Below, one piece after another: positions 1 to 9,866 of a DNA stretch of 25,193 nucleotides (position 1 is the first letter of the stretch; each line of letters opens with the position of its first letter). The stretch spans positions 1-25,193 of the forward strand of contig CBFFRP010000546.1 in assembly GCA_965644295.1 (NCBI GenBank). Reading direction: 5' to 3'. The position numbers and the translations under genes are program-made. The notes beneath the pieces are model-generated. The model was given only the letters and a program-made list of their open reading frames with translations, did not search any database and was not told the origin of the DNA. The DNA comes from Paraphysomonas bandaiensis. Lineage: Eukaryota; Protista; Chrysophyceae.

Positions 1-170
1 TGCCCTCGTAATAATAATCTGTATCTCTTGTTGTCACCAATCTTATACAAAACAAGCTACATATACCCTACATATTATGTTATCATATCGTTATTGCATT
101 AATATAGTTATCAATATTATTATGATGATGTCATAAAACGTGTAAAAGGGTGTTATAAAAGCCCACGGCT

Positions 171-386
171 TTACATACGACTATTTATGTGGTGGAGTGT
201 AACTATGTACGGTGGGCGGGTCGTCGTAAATTGCGTATTGATCTAAATTGCCCTTTGTTTCGGTCTACATATGAATGGAGTGCCTATGACGTTCATTGCT
301 ACGGTCGAGTTACTACATTTGACTCTTCTATTATGGTGCTGGTCGATGCGGAGTTTTGCAAGAGATTTCCTGATATACTCTTGTAA
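171..386 (+). pseudogene. 3' fragment of a Ty3/Gypsy pol (integrase C-terminal extension), related to the element at 6629-15128
   Basis: Translation ...YVVECNYVRW...FRSTYEWSAYDVHCYGRVTTFDSSIMVLVDAEFCKRFP aligns by eye with the end of the 7816..9891 ORF (YVAPIQFTHW...LRTYRYDNYLVHCFVHSEVNASTMVLVDEDFANKYP). No upstream pol is present. Confidence 0.7.
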
Positions 387-600
387 ACAGGTTTTATTCT
401 TCTATTTTGAAATCATATCTATAATATTCTTTTATTTCTATTACAATACTACCTTGTCTATCTAGTTTATTTTCAATCTAATATGTTTGAATCTGATTTT
501 GTTTGCTTATACTTAGAATGACGCTATCTAGTATGGCCGATTTAGGTATTTGCATACATGAATCACAGTATCTGTATTCACAATCTAATTTCTTCAGCTG

Positions 601-617
601 GGGGGAAAAGAGGGTAG
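601..617 (+). promoter_or_regulatory. Polypurine tract of the remnant Gypsy element
   Basis: GGGGGAAAAGAGGGTAG lies directly before TGTCAC at 618, ~215 bp after the pol stop. The layout matches the PPT/LTR junction of the intact element. Confidence 0.6.
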
Positions 618-854
618 TGTCACGCAGTACTGGTTACTTATACTGCGTTATTAGTAGTATGATATGTTACTCTTCTGTTGTACTCTCTAACACGTACAGA
701 GTGTTTTAGTATTTTCAGTTTTCAGTTTTATTTTCAGTTTCTACTCTCAGAGTGTTGAAGCTGTACATACATACCGGATAAAATACTTCTAATCGGGAGT
801 GTTGTGTGTTGAAGTGAAATGCTGAACATGATGTATGTGTATGTGTGTGTTACA
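618..854 (+). repeat. Probable 3' LTR of the remnant Gypsy element (right end uncertain)
   Basis: Starts TGTCAC right after the PPT. GTTACA at 849-854 is a candidate end. There is no second copy in the window to confirm the boundary. Confidence 0.35.
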
Positions 855-1053
855 CTGTAGAGATGTATAGCTGTGTTACTCATTCTTCTTCTATATAACG
901 TTTTAATAACGATTCAATTAAGCTCATTCGCGGTTTGCGTTTGTGTGGAGGAGTTCTACCCGCTGGTAGACTTAACAGTGTAGCAGCCCGCTGGCGTGCA
1001 CTCTAAATCTGTTAAAACGTTTTTAGTAAGAGTTTTTTGTCTTTCACGTGTTT

Positions 1054-1110
1054 AAGTCGATGGTAAGTAAAAACCTGGTCTAAGTACTACAATCTGGTCA
1101 AGTTACTACA
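1054..1110 (+). repeat. Left TIR plus subterminal CTGGTC(T)AAGT(T)ACTACA direct repeats
   Basis: Inverted match to 5637-5669. The CTGGTC..ACTACA unit occurs twice in tandem. Confidence 0.75.
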
Positions 1111-1342
1111 TTTGTGTACGAATATGTAAATCGAACATGGATTACGCATTGTGATGAGTGCATATCGTCTTGGAATCGCTTTGTGCTACTGTGTTGTATT
1201 ATATTTTAAAAGAATGTTTTATACTGGCCGTATTTCTGCGTACTATAAGTGTAGTTACGTAACTACATATAGTCAAAAATGATTATTGCTTTTTATGTAT
1301 AAAAAGAAATTACATAATAATATATATAATATAATATAATAT

Positions 1343-1580
1343 ATAATATATAAACAATTATCACTACCTTCGTTTTCTTTTCCCACTGATCACATTACTA
1401 TCATCTAATGCTCCCTGTATCTTTCAATTTCTCACTCTCACTGACAAACACCATTTCATAATATATAAACAATTATCACTACCTTCGCTTTTTTTCCCAC
1501 TGATCACATTACTACCATTATCATCTAATGCCCATGTATCTTTCCATTTCTCACTTTCACTGACAATAACCACTTCATAA
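1343..1580. repeat. Imperfect tandem duplication, period ~115 bp
   Basis: ATAATATATAAACAATTATCACTACCTTCG...CCCACTGATCACATTACTA...CACTGACAA begins at both 1343 and 1458. Confidence 0.9.
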
Positions 1581-2079
1581 GTAGGTCGTCGTGTATTCTG
1601 AAGTTGTTCTGGCAGTTTCTTGATTACAAAAAAGTTAATTAACACTAATTACTAATACATGCGACGTACCTTTGCATGGCTTTAGAAATTGTTGTTTCAG
1701 TCCTTCGTCTGTTCCATGCAATGCCTGAATATATTTGATGTCGTCAGTGCCGTTCCAGTTTACTGATTGCACACAGTAGCAACTAGCCCATGAGTGGTTC
1801 TCACTTTCGAGCCCACTTCAAAACGAGATTCACTGAAATTTACTCCACCACCATCCTCCAAATATTCGGTCAAGTCAGTCAAATCATCTCCACATCGTCG
1901 GAACTATCATTGCAATCATCAGCAAGTGGTGTAGTAGAGAGTGCTTTCTTTGGGGCGGTTTTCTTCCTACTGGTAGTATTCTTTTTGGCTTCCTCACAGA
2001 TTTTTTTCTAGGAGGACCATCAGGTTGAGCTTTTTGGCAGTTAGTACAGCATCAGACACATCATTTCCGTCCACATCTT

Positions 2080-3955
2080 CTACAATACGTCTTGCGGGCT
2101 GACCTTACTTATACCAGAATGTCTTACAGATGAAGTAGATTCCACAACTCTCATTGGAGGAATGGTAGTCCCACACTTTAATTTCCGACTTACTTTCTCC
2201 TTGGGGCCAACTTCATATTCCGAAATAGTAGGACCGTTGAACAAGACATCGAAAAACGGAATGTGCAATGCAATATAGTCGGTCGCAATATTTGTCTTAG
2301 GAGTCACTTCGTCACGCCACTTAATCCAGTCTCTGGCAACAGCGGGGTTTTTATCCTTGTACGTGTTTATCATACGGTCGCAGCATTCCGTGACGATCTT
2401 ACGAGAGCCTTTTATGAAAGGGTCAACAGTTATTTGGTGAGACTTAGGGGGAAGGGACTTCAAAATAAGCAGAGGGTCCTCAGTGTCGAGCGGACGTTGG
2501 GTTACCCTCGTCAACTGCGGAATCAAACCGGTGATGTTCTCTTTCTCTCCAGTGGGGCAAATTACATCTTTCTTTGGGTCATCAACAATTTCAATAACTT
2601 CTTGCTGAGCATATATGCCTGGTATAAGTGGACTTCACGAAATGCGGATATCTGTCGCCTTAGTGTCACCTACTCGTTCAAATGTAAATTGCAATTGCGT
2701 CCAATTGGTTTTGGCAAAATAGCCTATTAGCTAGGATCTATGAATTGTGCAACCCAATCAGCATAATTAGGGAATGCAAATACATCAATAACTTTGACAT
2801 CGTCAAACTTTTCAAACGCCATCATAATCATTGCCTTAAATTCTGAAGGGGAGTAAACGAACTCATTTCTCAACAAAGTCCACAACAATGCAAATAATGC
2901 GTCTATATCTTCATGAGTGTGTTCAGGAAGGAGTCTTGTCAATACCACTTTTGACACCAAACCACACGCAACAAGTAAATAACAGATGGCTAAATATAAA
3001 ACATTCGCAATCTCAGACCCTCCATCAATTTGATGAAATATCGTGTTCGGAAGTTTTCCTTCTAGGTATTGCTTTCCAAACTGAGTAACCACGTATGGAC
3101 ACAATAGCTAGCATTCACAGATACATTTGCAAAACTCCTGTACATTCTGATATTTTGCGACCATGCGTAAGAATACCTTGTAAGTGCTGCTTGATACCTA
3201 TTCTGCTGCATACCGTCAGTGATTGTGGACATGTACTACCATTTCTGATCAAAAGCAAGTTGTCGCCGACTATAGTACGATTCGCGTTCCCCATGTAAGT
3301 TAGACGATGAAACACGAAAAGCATTGTGACTTCTTGCCTCCCATGATAATCATTAAAGCTTCTTCGCAATTCTGACAACGCCGAGCACAGGTTGCATTTC
3401 CCACAACAGTGCTTGAGCTTTCGAATTTTGACATGCGGAAAACAGTCTTTCCAAAAACTTGCAAGAACTGCTTAATCGTCAAAGGCTTCATAGCACTATC
3501 ACCGTATGACTCAATATCGTGTTTATCACCCACAAGTTGGAAATAGTATCCCATCCATACACTTGTAGTCAAAGATTGCACCGAATTTGGAAGGCTTCCG
3601 CGGCTATACTGTTGACGGGAGAGGGATATTCCAAAGTGCTGGCAGAATTTGCTAAGGTTTTGATCATTTACACCAAGAGTTCTTGTAGACGTCCGATCAA
3701 TAAAATCCTTGGCTGTATTTCTCTCTCCTGACTTTAATCGACAGACTAGAGAATCATTGTACCAATGAGAAATTATGTACACTGCTTCAAAAGCTTCACG
3801 GCAAATATGAACAGCCTCCGGCCCTTCGCCTAATTGATAGTTTATGAAGTACTTATTGGTAAAAGTGACACGCATCGGAAATCCCGATATTTTCCGTATA
3901 TCACACACCCTTCACAAGGACATGATATAACACAAACAAGGCAGCAACAAGCTTG
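2080..3955 (-). pseudogene. Frameshifted transposase-like pseudogene (DUF7869 / Sola-like DDE/D family)
   Basis: Consecutive minus-strand ORF pieces (3908-3300, 3378-3115, 3104-2727, 2526-2080). Motifs: CREAFEAVYIIS; a Cys cluster before LSELRR; QIDGGSEIAN...LVACG...VVLTRLLPEHTHEDIDALF, resembling the QxDn..ENKN...GHTHEDID signature. Confidence 0.7.
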
Positions 3956-4152
3956 AGTGTGAGTTTTCAGCATTGGCTTCATTTGCAGTACTCTGAAGCA
4001 AAAAAAAATATCATCATCCAAAAAAATGACAGTGTAAAATCATACACATACATATATAATCATATCGCACTGAAATATATACAGCATACTGTATGATGAA
4101 CAATCATATAATATAATATGCATGTATAAAAACACAATACATTCTGCCACAC

Positions 4153-4364
4153 AGTCACTTCGTAGCGAGCCGTCGCTCAGCCCGGAAGGTATTCCATGTT
4201 TGAAATGTATGCACTTTTATTAAAATCACTTAATCATGATATATAGTCACTTCGTAGCGAGCTGCCGCTCAGCCCGGAAGGTATTCCAATTCATGTTTGG
4301 TAAGTGATGCAAACAGCTTCTTGTGTGTGAGTTATTGCCGTCATAGCGAGCTGCCGCTCAGCCC
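4153..4364. repeat. 44-bp GC-rich direct repeat, two full copies and one partial
   Basis: AGTCACTTCGTAGCGAGCYGYCGCTCAGCCCGGAAGGTATTCCA at 4153-4196 and 4245-4288. The core TAGCGAGCTGCCGCTCAGCCC recurs at 4344-4364. Confidence 0.9.
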
Positions 4365-4855
4365 CGACAGACAATATCAACGCAACACAAGCGCATGTCA
4401 TCGTATATAATATACATATATAATAATATAATACTCTAGCAGCAACTAAACGAACCTTGAAATGAAACACACTCCCAAATCTCAATTGCTCTATAACTAT
4501 TCAACAGAGTAAACCAGAGTAATATACATGCCATTGCTTGCTATTATTATGTATGAACAATCCGCGCTTGTCATGCATGCGTCTGTCTTTCAAAATAATC
4601 TCACGCACCCTCATTTCAAAAAATAGATACGGTGTTGATGTACTGTATACCGTATACCTATACCATATACCGGTACCGTATAGTCGTGTTGTGTATTCAC
4701 AAAAATATCTATTTTATGTATTTGAAATGTGTGCATACTGTACAGCAGTATAGTTACATCTATCTGATGTGATCTTAATGTAAATATATACTTGATTTGG
4801 TTAAAGCAAGACTCGTTATAAGCGAGAAGTATATACGAGATATGGTTGATGGGTT

Positions 4856-5453
4856 GACGAATTTTGTTTTTGTTCTGATGACGATAACTCCAACGAACAG
4901 ATAAAACTTATTACATGTGCAATGTGTAAAGCAACGTTTAATTCAAATGAAAGAGGGGTTTCCATTTTGCAGGTCGCAATGTGTTAGTTGTTGCAGGAAG
5001 ACTAGAAATGGATATGCTTGCAGCACTTGGTGAATCCGAAGTTGATGATAATTCTGAACTGCTTGTTATGAGAGTGCTTTGCCACAAGAAAGTGGTTCCA
5101 GTATTTTGTCACCAGAGAGTGGTAACAAAGACGAGGAGGGTAATGAGATGGGAAGCATACTACACCAGTTCAATTGCAACGAGGACTCCTTCACAGTTAA
5201 CATTGGTGGTTACAACCAAACATACTGCCGCAAGAAGTTCATTTCAGATGGCGGTTCTTCTGTAAAGTGTTTCTTGGATTTGGAAATGCTATGGATGATC
5301 CCTTTATTGTTTAATTACTATGTACTTTCAGCTGTACTTGGCAAAGACAGTTCATACGTTAACTATTCTCACTGTTGGGTGAGTAAAAACTCTGATGGGA
5401 AACTATATACGTTGTTCTCTGTTATCTTCATTCGGACCAAATGTAACAAATAG
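4856..5453 (+). pseudogene. Possible degenerate gene with a PHD-like Cys/His start, inside the DNA transposon
   Basis: Reading DEFCFCSDDD...LITCAMCKAT...(frameshift)FHFAG gives CxC, CxxC and H spacing. Overlapping ORF pieces 4981-5265 and 5079-5453 follow. Confidence 0.25.
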
Positions 5454-5625
5454 CGCTGTGATAGTATAAGTAGTAGTGATGTAACGATTTCGTAGTAACT
5501 TTTAGTAATAGAACATTATTATAATATAATAAATGTTTAATTAGTCCAATTATCCTATTATTAGCTACAAACAGTTAATTAGTATACCAGACTTTTTCAA
5601 ATAACTTATATATATAATGCACATC

Positions 5626-5669
5626 ACCTGGTCAAAGTACTTGACCAGGTTTTTACTTACCATCGACTT
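5626..5669 (-). repeat. Right TIR with internal hairpin
   Basis: Reverse complement of the left TIR. ACCTGGTCAA-AGTAC-TTGACCAGGT (5626-5650) forms a perfect 10-bp stem. Confidence 0.75.
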
Positions 5670-5688
5670 TTTCTAGTTCTCAGAAACA

Positions 5689-6624
5689 TCACAATGCAAC
5701 ATGACGCGAGCGTGTATCACCACGGCCTGCACCACGACCACGACCACTACGACCACCACGTTTGGGAGGACGACCTGGACCTCGACGGGGTGACCTGAAA
5801 GCTCCTTGGTTATTGGGAAGAGGTGGGGCTTGATGTCCCGCTGGACGCTGTGGTTGGGCATGACGACCATCTTGATTTTGAGGAATCTGCTGACCAGCAA
5901 CTTTGAGAGCACATTGTGGAGCAAAATGACCACGATTTCCACAAAGAATGCAATGAGGACCATGATGATATTTCTGACGTTTCGAGGCACCAGAGGAATC
6001 CTGATTAGAAGGGTTACGATAACAGTCAGACGGCTTATGAACAACATGTTTATGACAGTGTTTGCAATAACTCTTCCGTGGCACTTTAGGATCAACCAAG
6101 GCAACTGAAGGCTGATCGGCTAGAATCCTCTCAATTTTAGCCAGGAGAGCATCAAAAGATAAGCCATCCTTCAGTGCTTGTACGATACTCTTGACGCGCT
6201 GATCCCTTGTCGGATCACGAAAACCAGAATACAGCTGATGAATCATATCAGCCTCACCAAGACCTTGTTTGAAGGCTGTCGTACGGAGTCGTGTAGCAAA
6301 AGTTGCAATGTCCTCATCGGAGCGCTGAGCATCATGATAGAAGGCTTTCCTGTCTGCAGCATGCTCACCGGAAGACTTCGCACGATCCACATGAGCAATG
6401 AGATTACGCCAAGCAGTGTAACCATCCCCAGGTTGGACATTTCCGATATGAGCAATACCCGAAGCGTTGTCCATGAAGGCTTTCTGAAGAGAAGCGTAGA
6501 CAAGACTGTTCTTTTCGTCGTACATTGCTTGTCGCCAAGTGGTCAAAAGTTTGGTCTCCTCTGAAGCGTCATCTGGGGCCGCTGGTACCCTGACAGAAGA
6601 CTGGGTAAGAATATCAAGAAGCTT
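5689..6624 (-). pseudogene. gag: C-terminal part of an interrupted retrotransposon Gag-like protein (Copia/UBN2-like, CCHC zinc knuckle, RG-rich tail)
   Basis: Open frame from 6624 to the stop at 5689. Contains DGYTAWRNL, QRSDEDIATFATRL, CKHCHKHVVHKPSDC, the knuckle CILCGNRGHFAPQC (Cx2Cx4Hx4C, 5911-5952) and an RGGRSGRGRG tail. Confidence 0.8.
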
Positions 6625-6628
6625 GGCC

Positions 6629-7630
6629 TATAACAACACCCGGTTTGATAACCAGGGTGTTGGCTCGTAAACAATAAAACTACAACAACACCTACACTGA
6701 ACCAACAAGTAATAACGGTATTATTATTAAAACACTTTTTTCCAAGTTTAGACCTAAACTCAGTTAGTGACTCCCGCGAAGAGTCACCGCGCAATGGTAT
6801 ACCGCTGGTACCCAAGATCACTAGCACCAAGCTTTGGTCTAACTTAAAACAAGTGATAAACACCATAGAAGCACATATGCACACACACACACTCCTAACA
6901 TGGTGCAACACACGTGGTGTCATCACACCACCACAGGTTGCGCAACTCTTCAATCAAAACTGAAAAATACACAGCAACCTGACAGGGAGTGACTCACCAG
7001 CATATGCCTAGAGTACACCGTATACTACGTATCTATACCCTACCAGAGACTGAAAACCCCATAATCCAGGAAATACATAAATACGGTACGTATAGTACGT
7101 ATAGTACGCACACCACATTTGCAATCGAACCCCAATAAGCCTTGCATGAACACTCGTGCACCTCAAGTGTATAATAGCGACTTCTCTCCTTTGATGGTCA
7201 CATGTACTTGCCCCCCTATAGGGTAGTACGGGTAATACATGTATGTATTTATATGGAAGTATGTACTGCAACTGCTATACAGGAATACGGGCCCACATAA
7301 CTTTGATATAAATTTGCAGCAGGTTTCACATCAACCGAAGTCACCAGCAGCAGATCATAGTCGTACATCATCATCAGCAGATAAAAATTGGACATCATAC
7401 CCGAACGTTGGCTCAATATGTAGGTACACTGTGGTACATTACCAATGTCCAAATGGTGTTGCATAATATGTATCCTGAACACAATGAAGGTCCTAAAGCA
7501 ATATATAGGGTCCTGATATAGGGTCCTAAACCAACATAGGGTCCTAAAAGTCAATGTAACCATGCATGTGACTCAATAGCGTGTTACTATAGCCACGTAG
7601 ATAGGGCATGGGAAATGCCACGTGGTCACA
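6629..7630 (-). repeat. 3' LTR (1002 bp)
   Basis: Direct repeat of 14123-15128. By eye they differ by a 5-bp indel, a 1-bp T-run indel and two substitutions. Minus-strand ends are TGTGAC...GTTATA. Contains ATAGGGTCCT and TACGTATAG short repeats. Confidence 0.97.
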
Positions 7631-7644
7631 CTGCCTCCTCCCCC
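7631..7644 (-). promoter_or_regulatory. Polypurine tract
   Basis: Minus-strand GGGGGAGGAGGCAG abuts the TG of the 3' LTR. Confidence 0.9.
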
Positions 7645-7815
7645 GTTTTGGTTGTCTACAGAATAGCATGCCTCCGGTATTCACAAATGCCAACGGGACT
7701 AGGTGTTACGTAGCCGTCAAAACGAAAATCCCCGGAGAATTATAAGTTATATAATAATAATTTGATATGGAATGGAATTGAGAGAGCAATAAGAATAATG
7801 TGTCCAGCGTGGAAC

Positions 7816-9866
7816 TTAATAAGACGCACGGACCTGAGGATATTTGTTGGCAAAATCCTCGTCCACGAGTACCATTGTGCTAGCATTCACCTCGGAATGA
7901 ACAAAGCAATGCACTAGGTAATTATCATAACGGTAGGTACGGAGAGTGAGAAGATCCTTCACCGATAAAACTCGCTTAGAGCTCTTGTGATACCAGTGTG
8001 TGAACTGGATAGGAGCTACATAAGTAATGAGATGAGAATCTGGTAATTCCAACTCATCGTACCAAGCATCACCATAAATTCGCAAATCAACATAGGCTAG
8101 ATCACCAGGTTGAAACTGAGTGATCGGTTGCCGGCGGAAATCCGCGATGTATTTCTTTGCATAGTCAGCAGTATAAATAAGATGGTAAAGATATCGTTTT
8201 CGAGAACAGAATTCAGCATAAGGAACGGAATCAAAAATATCCTTGCTGTAAGGGACTTCTCGGACATCTCCATCTTGAAAACGCACAGTGAAAACCATGG
8301 TAGATCGAACCTCTCTATCACCACGGTAGTAAAGGATTTCATCAATAACATGTTGATCCTGATCCCGTAAAGCCATTTTATAAGCAGCATCAGAATCTCC
8401 CGGAAACAATTTAACATCGCTCACGGAAACACGAACCACTTGCCCAGTGGCGAGATGTTGACAGTCTACGTCATTCTTGTACTGGGACTTGACTGAGAAA
8501 GGTCCCATATACCGGTGAGACATCTTAGGATGAACCTTTGCCCCTTTGTCGAATAAGACAAAATCTCCCGGTTGATACCTATTCTGTCTATCGGGATGCA
8601 CACCTGTTCCTGCCCTCTCCGTGGCTAACTTTTGCTGATAAGCTTTGGAAGCCTCTCGGAGTTGGGCTAACTGATCATTAAGCGCAGTGAGTCTAGCATG
8701 CGCCCGATCTGGAAGATCTTTGATATCCATGTTCAAATAGTCAAGATCCTTTGAGCCAAACGTCAACTCAAAAGGCGAAAATCCTGTTTCCGAAGACACT
8801 TCAGAATTTAGAAGATATTGAACACTTGCTAACCAACTAGGGTCCTCAAAGATGTCTTTTCGTTCCTCCCGTTCACTGTAATCATAGACCAGAGCACGTA
8901 GATGTCGAACTACTTCTCCAATAATTCTTTCACATCCATTTGCATGGCGATTGGCGATACTAAAAGTGTGCCGAACACCCATGTACTCCGTCAACTGTTT
9001 GAACAAATCTGAAGTCAAATCCGGTCCTTGATCCGAGATTATTAGATCTGTGTGACCGTAATGACTCCAGTATTTCCATATAGTATTTGCAAGATTAAGA
9101 GCCGTCACACCTTTGACAGGTTCAAGGTACACAAACTTGGTGAAAAGATTGACCACCACGTTGATATGTGTATATCCCTCTGCACCGTGAGGTGTGATCT
9201 CAACAGCATCTATACCAATCGCGCTACGAGCATTTGGGGGCTTGAGATTTCGTACGATCGGAATAAGAGCCTCCTTCATAGCCAACCTCGTTTTCACACA
9301 ATTTGGGCACTTAGAGATATAATCCTCAACAACCTTGTAAGGAATATTATGACCCGGGAACTCTTTGTTTAAGCGTATCCAGGTAGCCCTTCCCCCCATG
9401 TGTCCAACTCGCGCGTTATGAACCTCACGCAACGCCGTCTCCGGTGATACATGAGATGTTGGAGGGTCCTCAATCTCTCGATCATCCGGGTTCATAAAGT
9501 TACCCAGAAAGTTAAAGTACTCATACTCATTACAGTCATCCCCCATGAAATAGGCGTCATCATATTCCTCCTCTGGGAATATTCCAGAGAGTACAGCGAC
9601 CTGATGCTCTCTAGATAACCAGTCCGCCAACCAATTCTTGGCACCAGATATATGACGAATGCTGAAGTTGAAAGACTGCAAGAATATCCTCCATCGTGTA
9701 ATCTTTGGAACATCCGAAGATTCCATCCACAATAGATTGTTATGGTCGGTCTCAATTGTGAATTGCTTGCCTATTAAGTAATAAGCCAAGTGTTTAACAC
9801 TGTAGAAAATTCCATATGCCTCTTGCTCTATAGTTGACCACTTCTGAGCTTGGGCAGAAAACTTTT
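7816..9866 (-). CDS. pol: Pol C-terminal part: RNase H (distal half), integrase (HHCC, DDE, GPF), chromodomain, extra C-terminal domain
   Basis: RNase H: WSTIEQEAYGI and ETDHNNL. Zinc finger: HNARVGH...CPNC. DDE core: GIDAV, ISDQG, ANGCER. Then YMGPF and the chromodomain-like HVIDEILYYRG...FTVRFQDG. Joined to the upstream ORF by a 1-bp frameshift at 9863-9866. Confidence 0.93.

Larger units (their letters stand above)
1054..5669 (-). mobile_element. Degenerate TIR (cut-and-paste) DNA transposon, Sola-like/DUF7869-type
   Basis: ~33-bp terminal inverted repeats: AAGTCGATGGTAAGTAAAAACCTGGTC(T)AAGTAC at 1054-1087 and its reverse complement at 5637-5669. They enclose frameshifted transposase-like fragments. 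The TSD is unclear (at most TTT). Confidence 0.65.

Noticed and set aside
2263-2730. 155-aa plus-strand ORF
   Set aside because: Antisense to the transposase pseudogene, with no recognisable features.
4153-4364. CRISPR-like array
   Set aside because: Only two full repeats plus a partial one, no cas genes, and a eukaryotic transposon context.
6543-7563. ORFs of 75-136 aa in the 3' LTR (and their twins at 14122-15061)
   Set aside because: They lie within LTRs, have no domain features, and an indel between the LTRs changes one frame. Treated as spurious.
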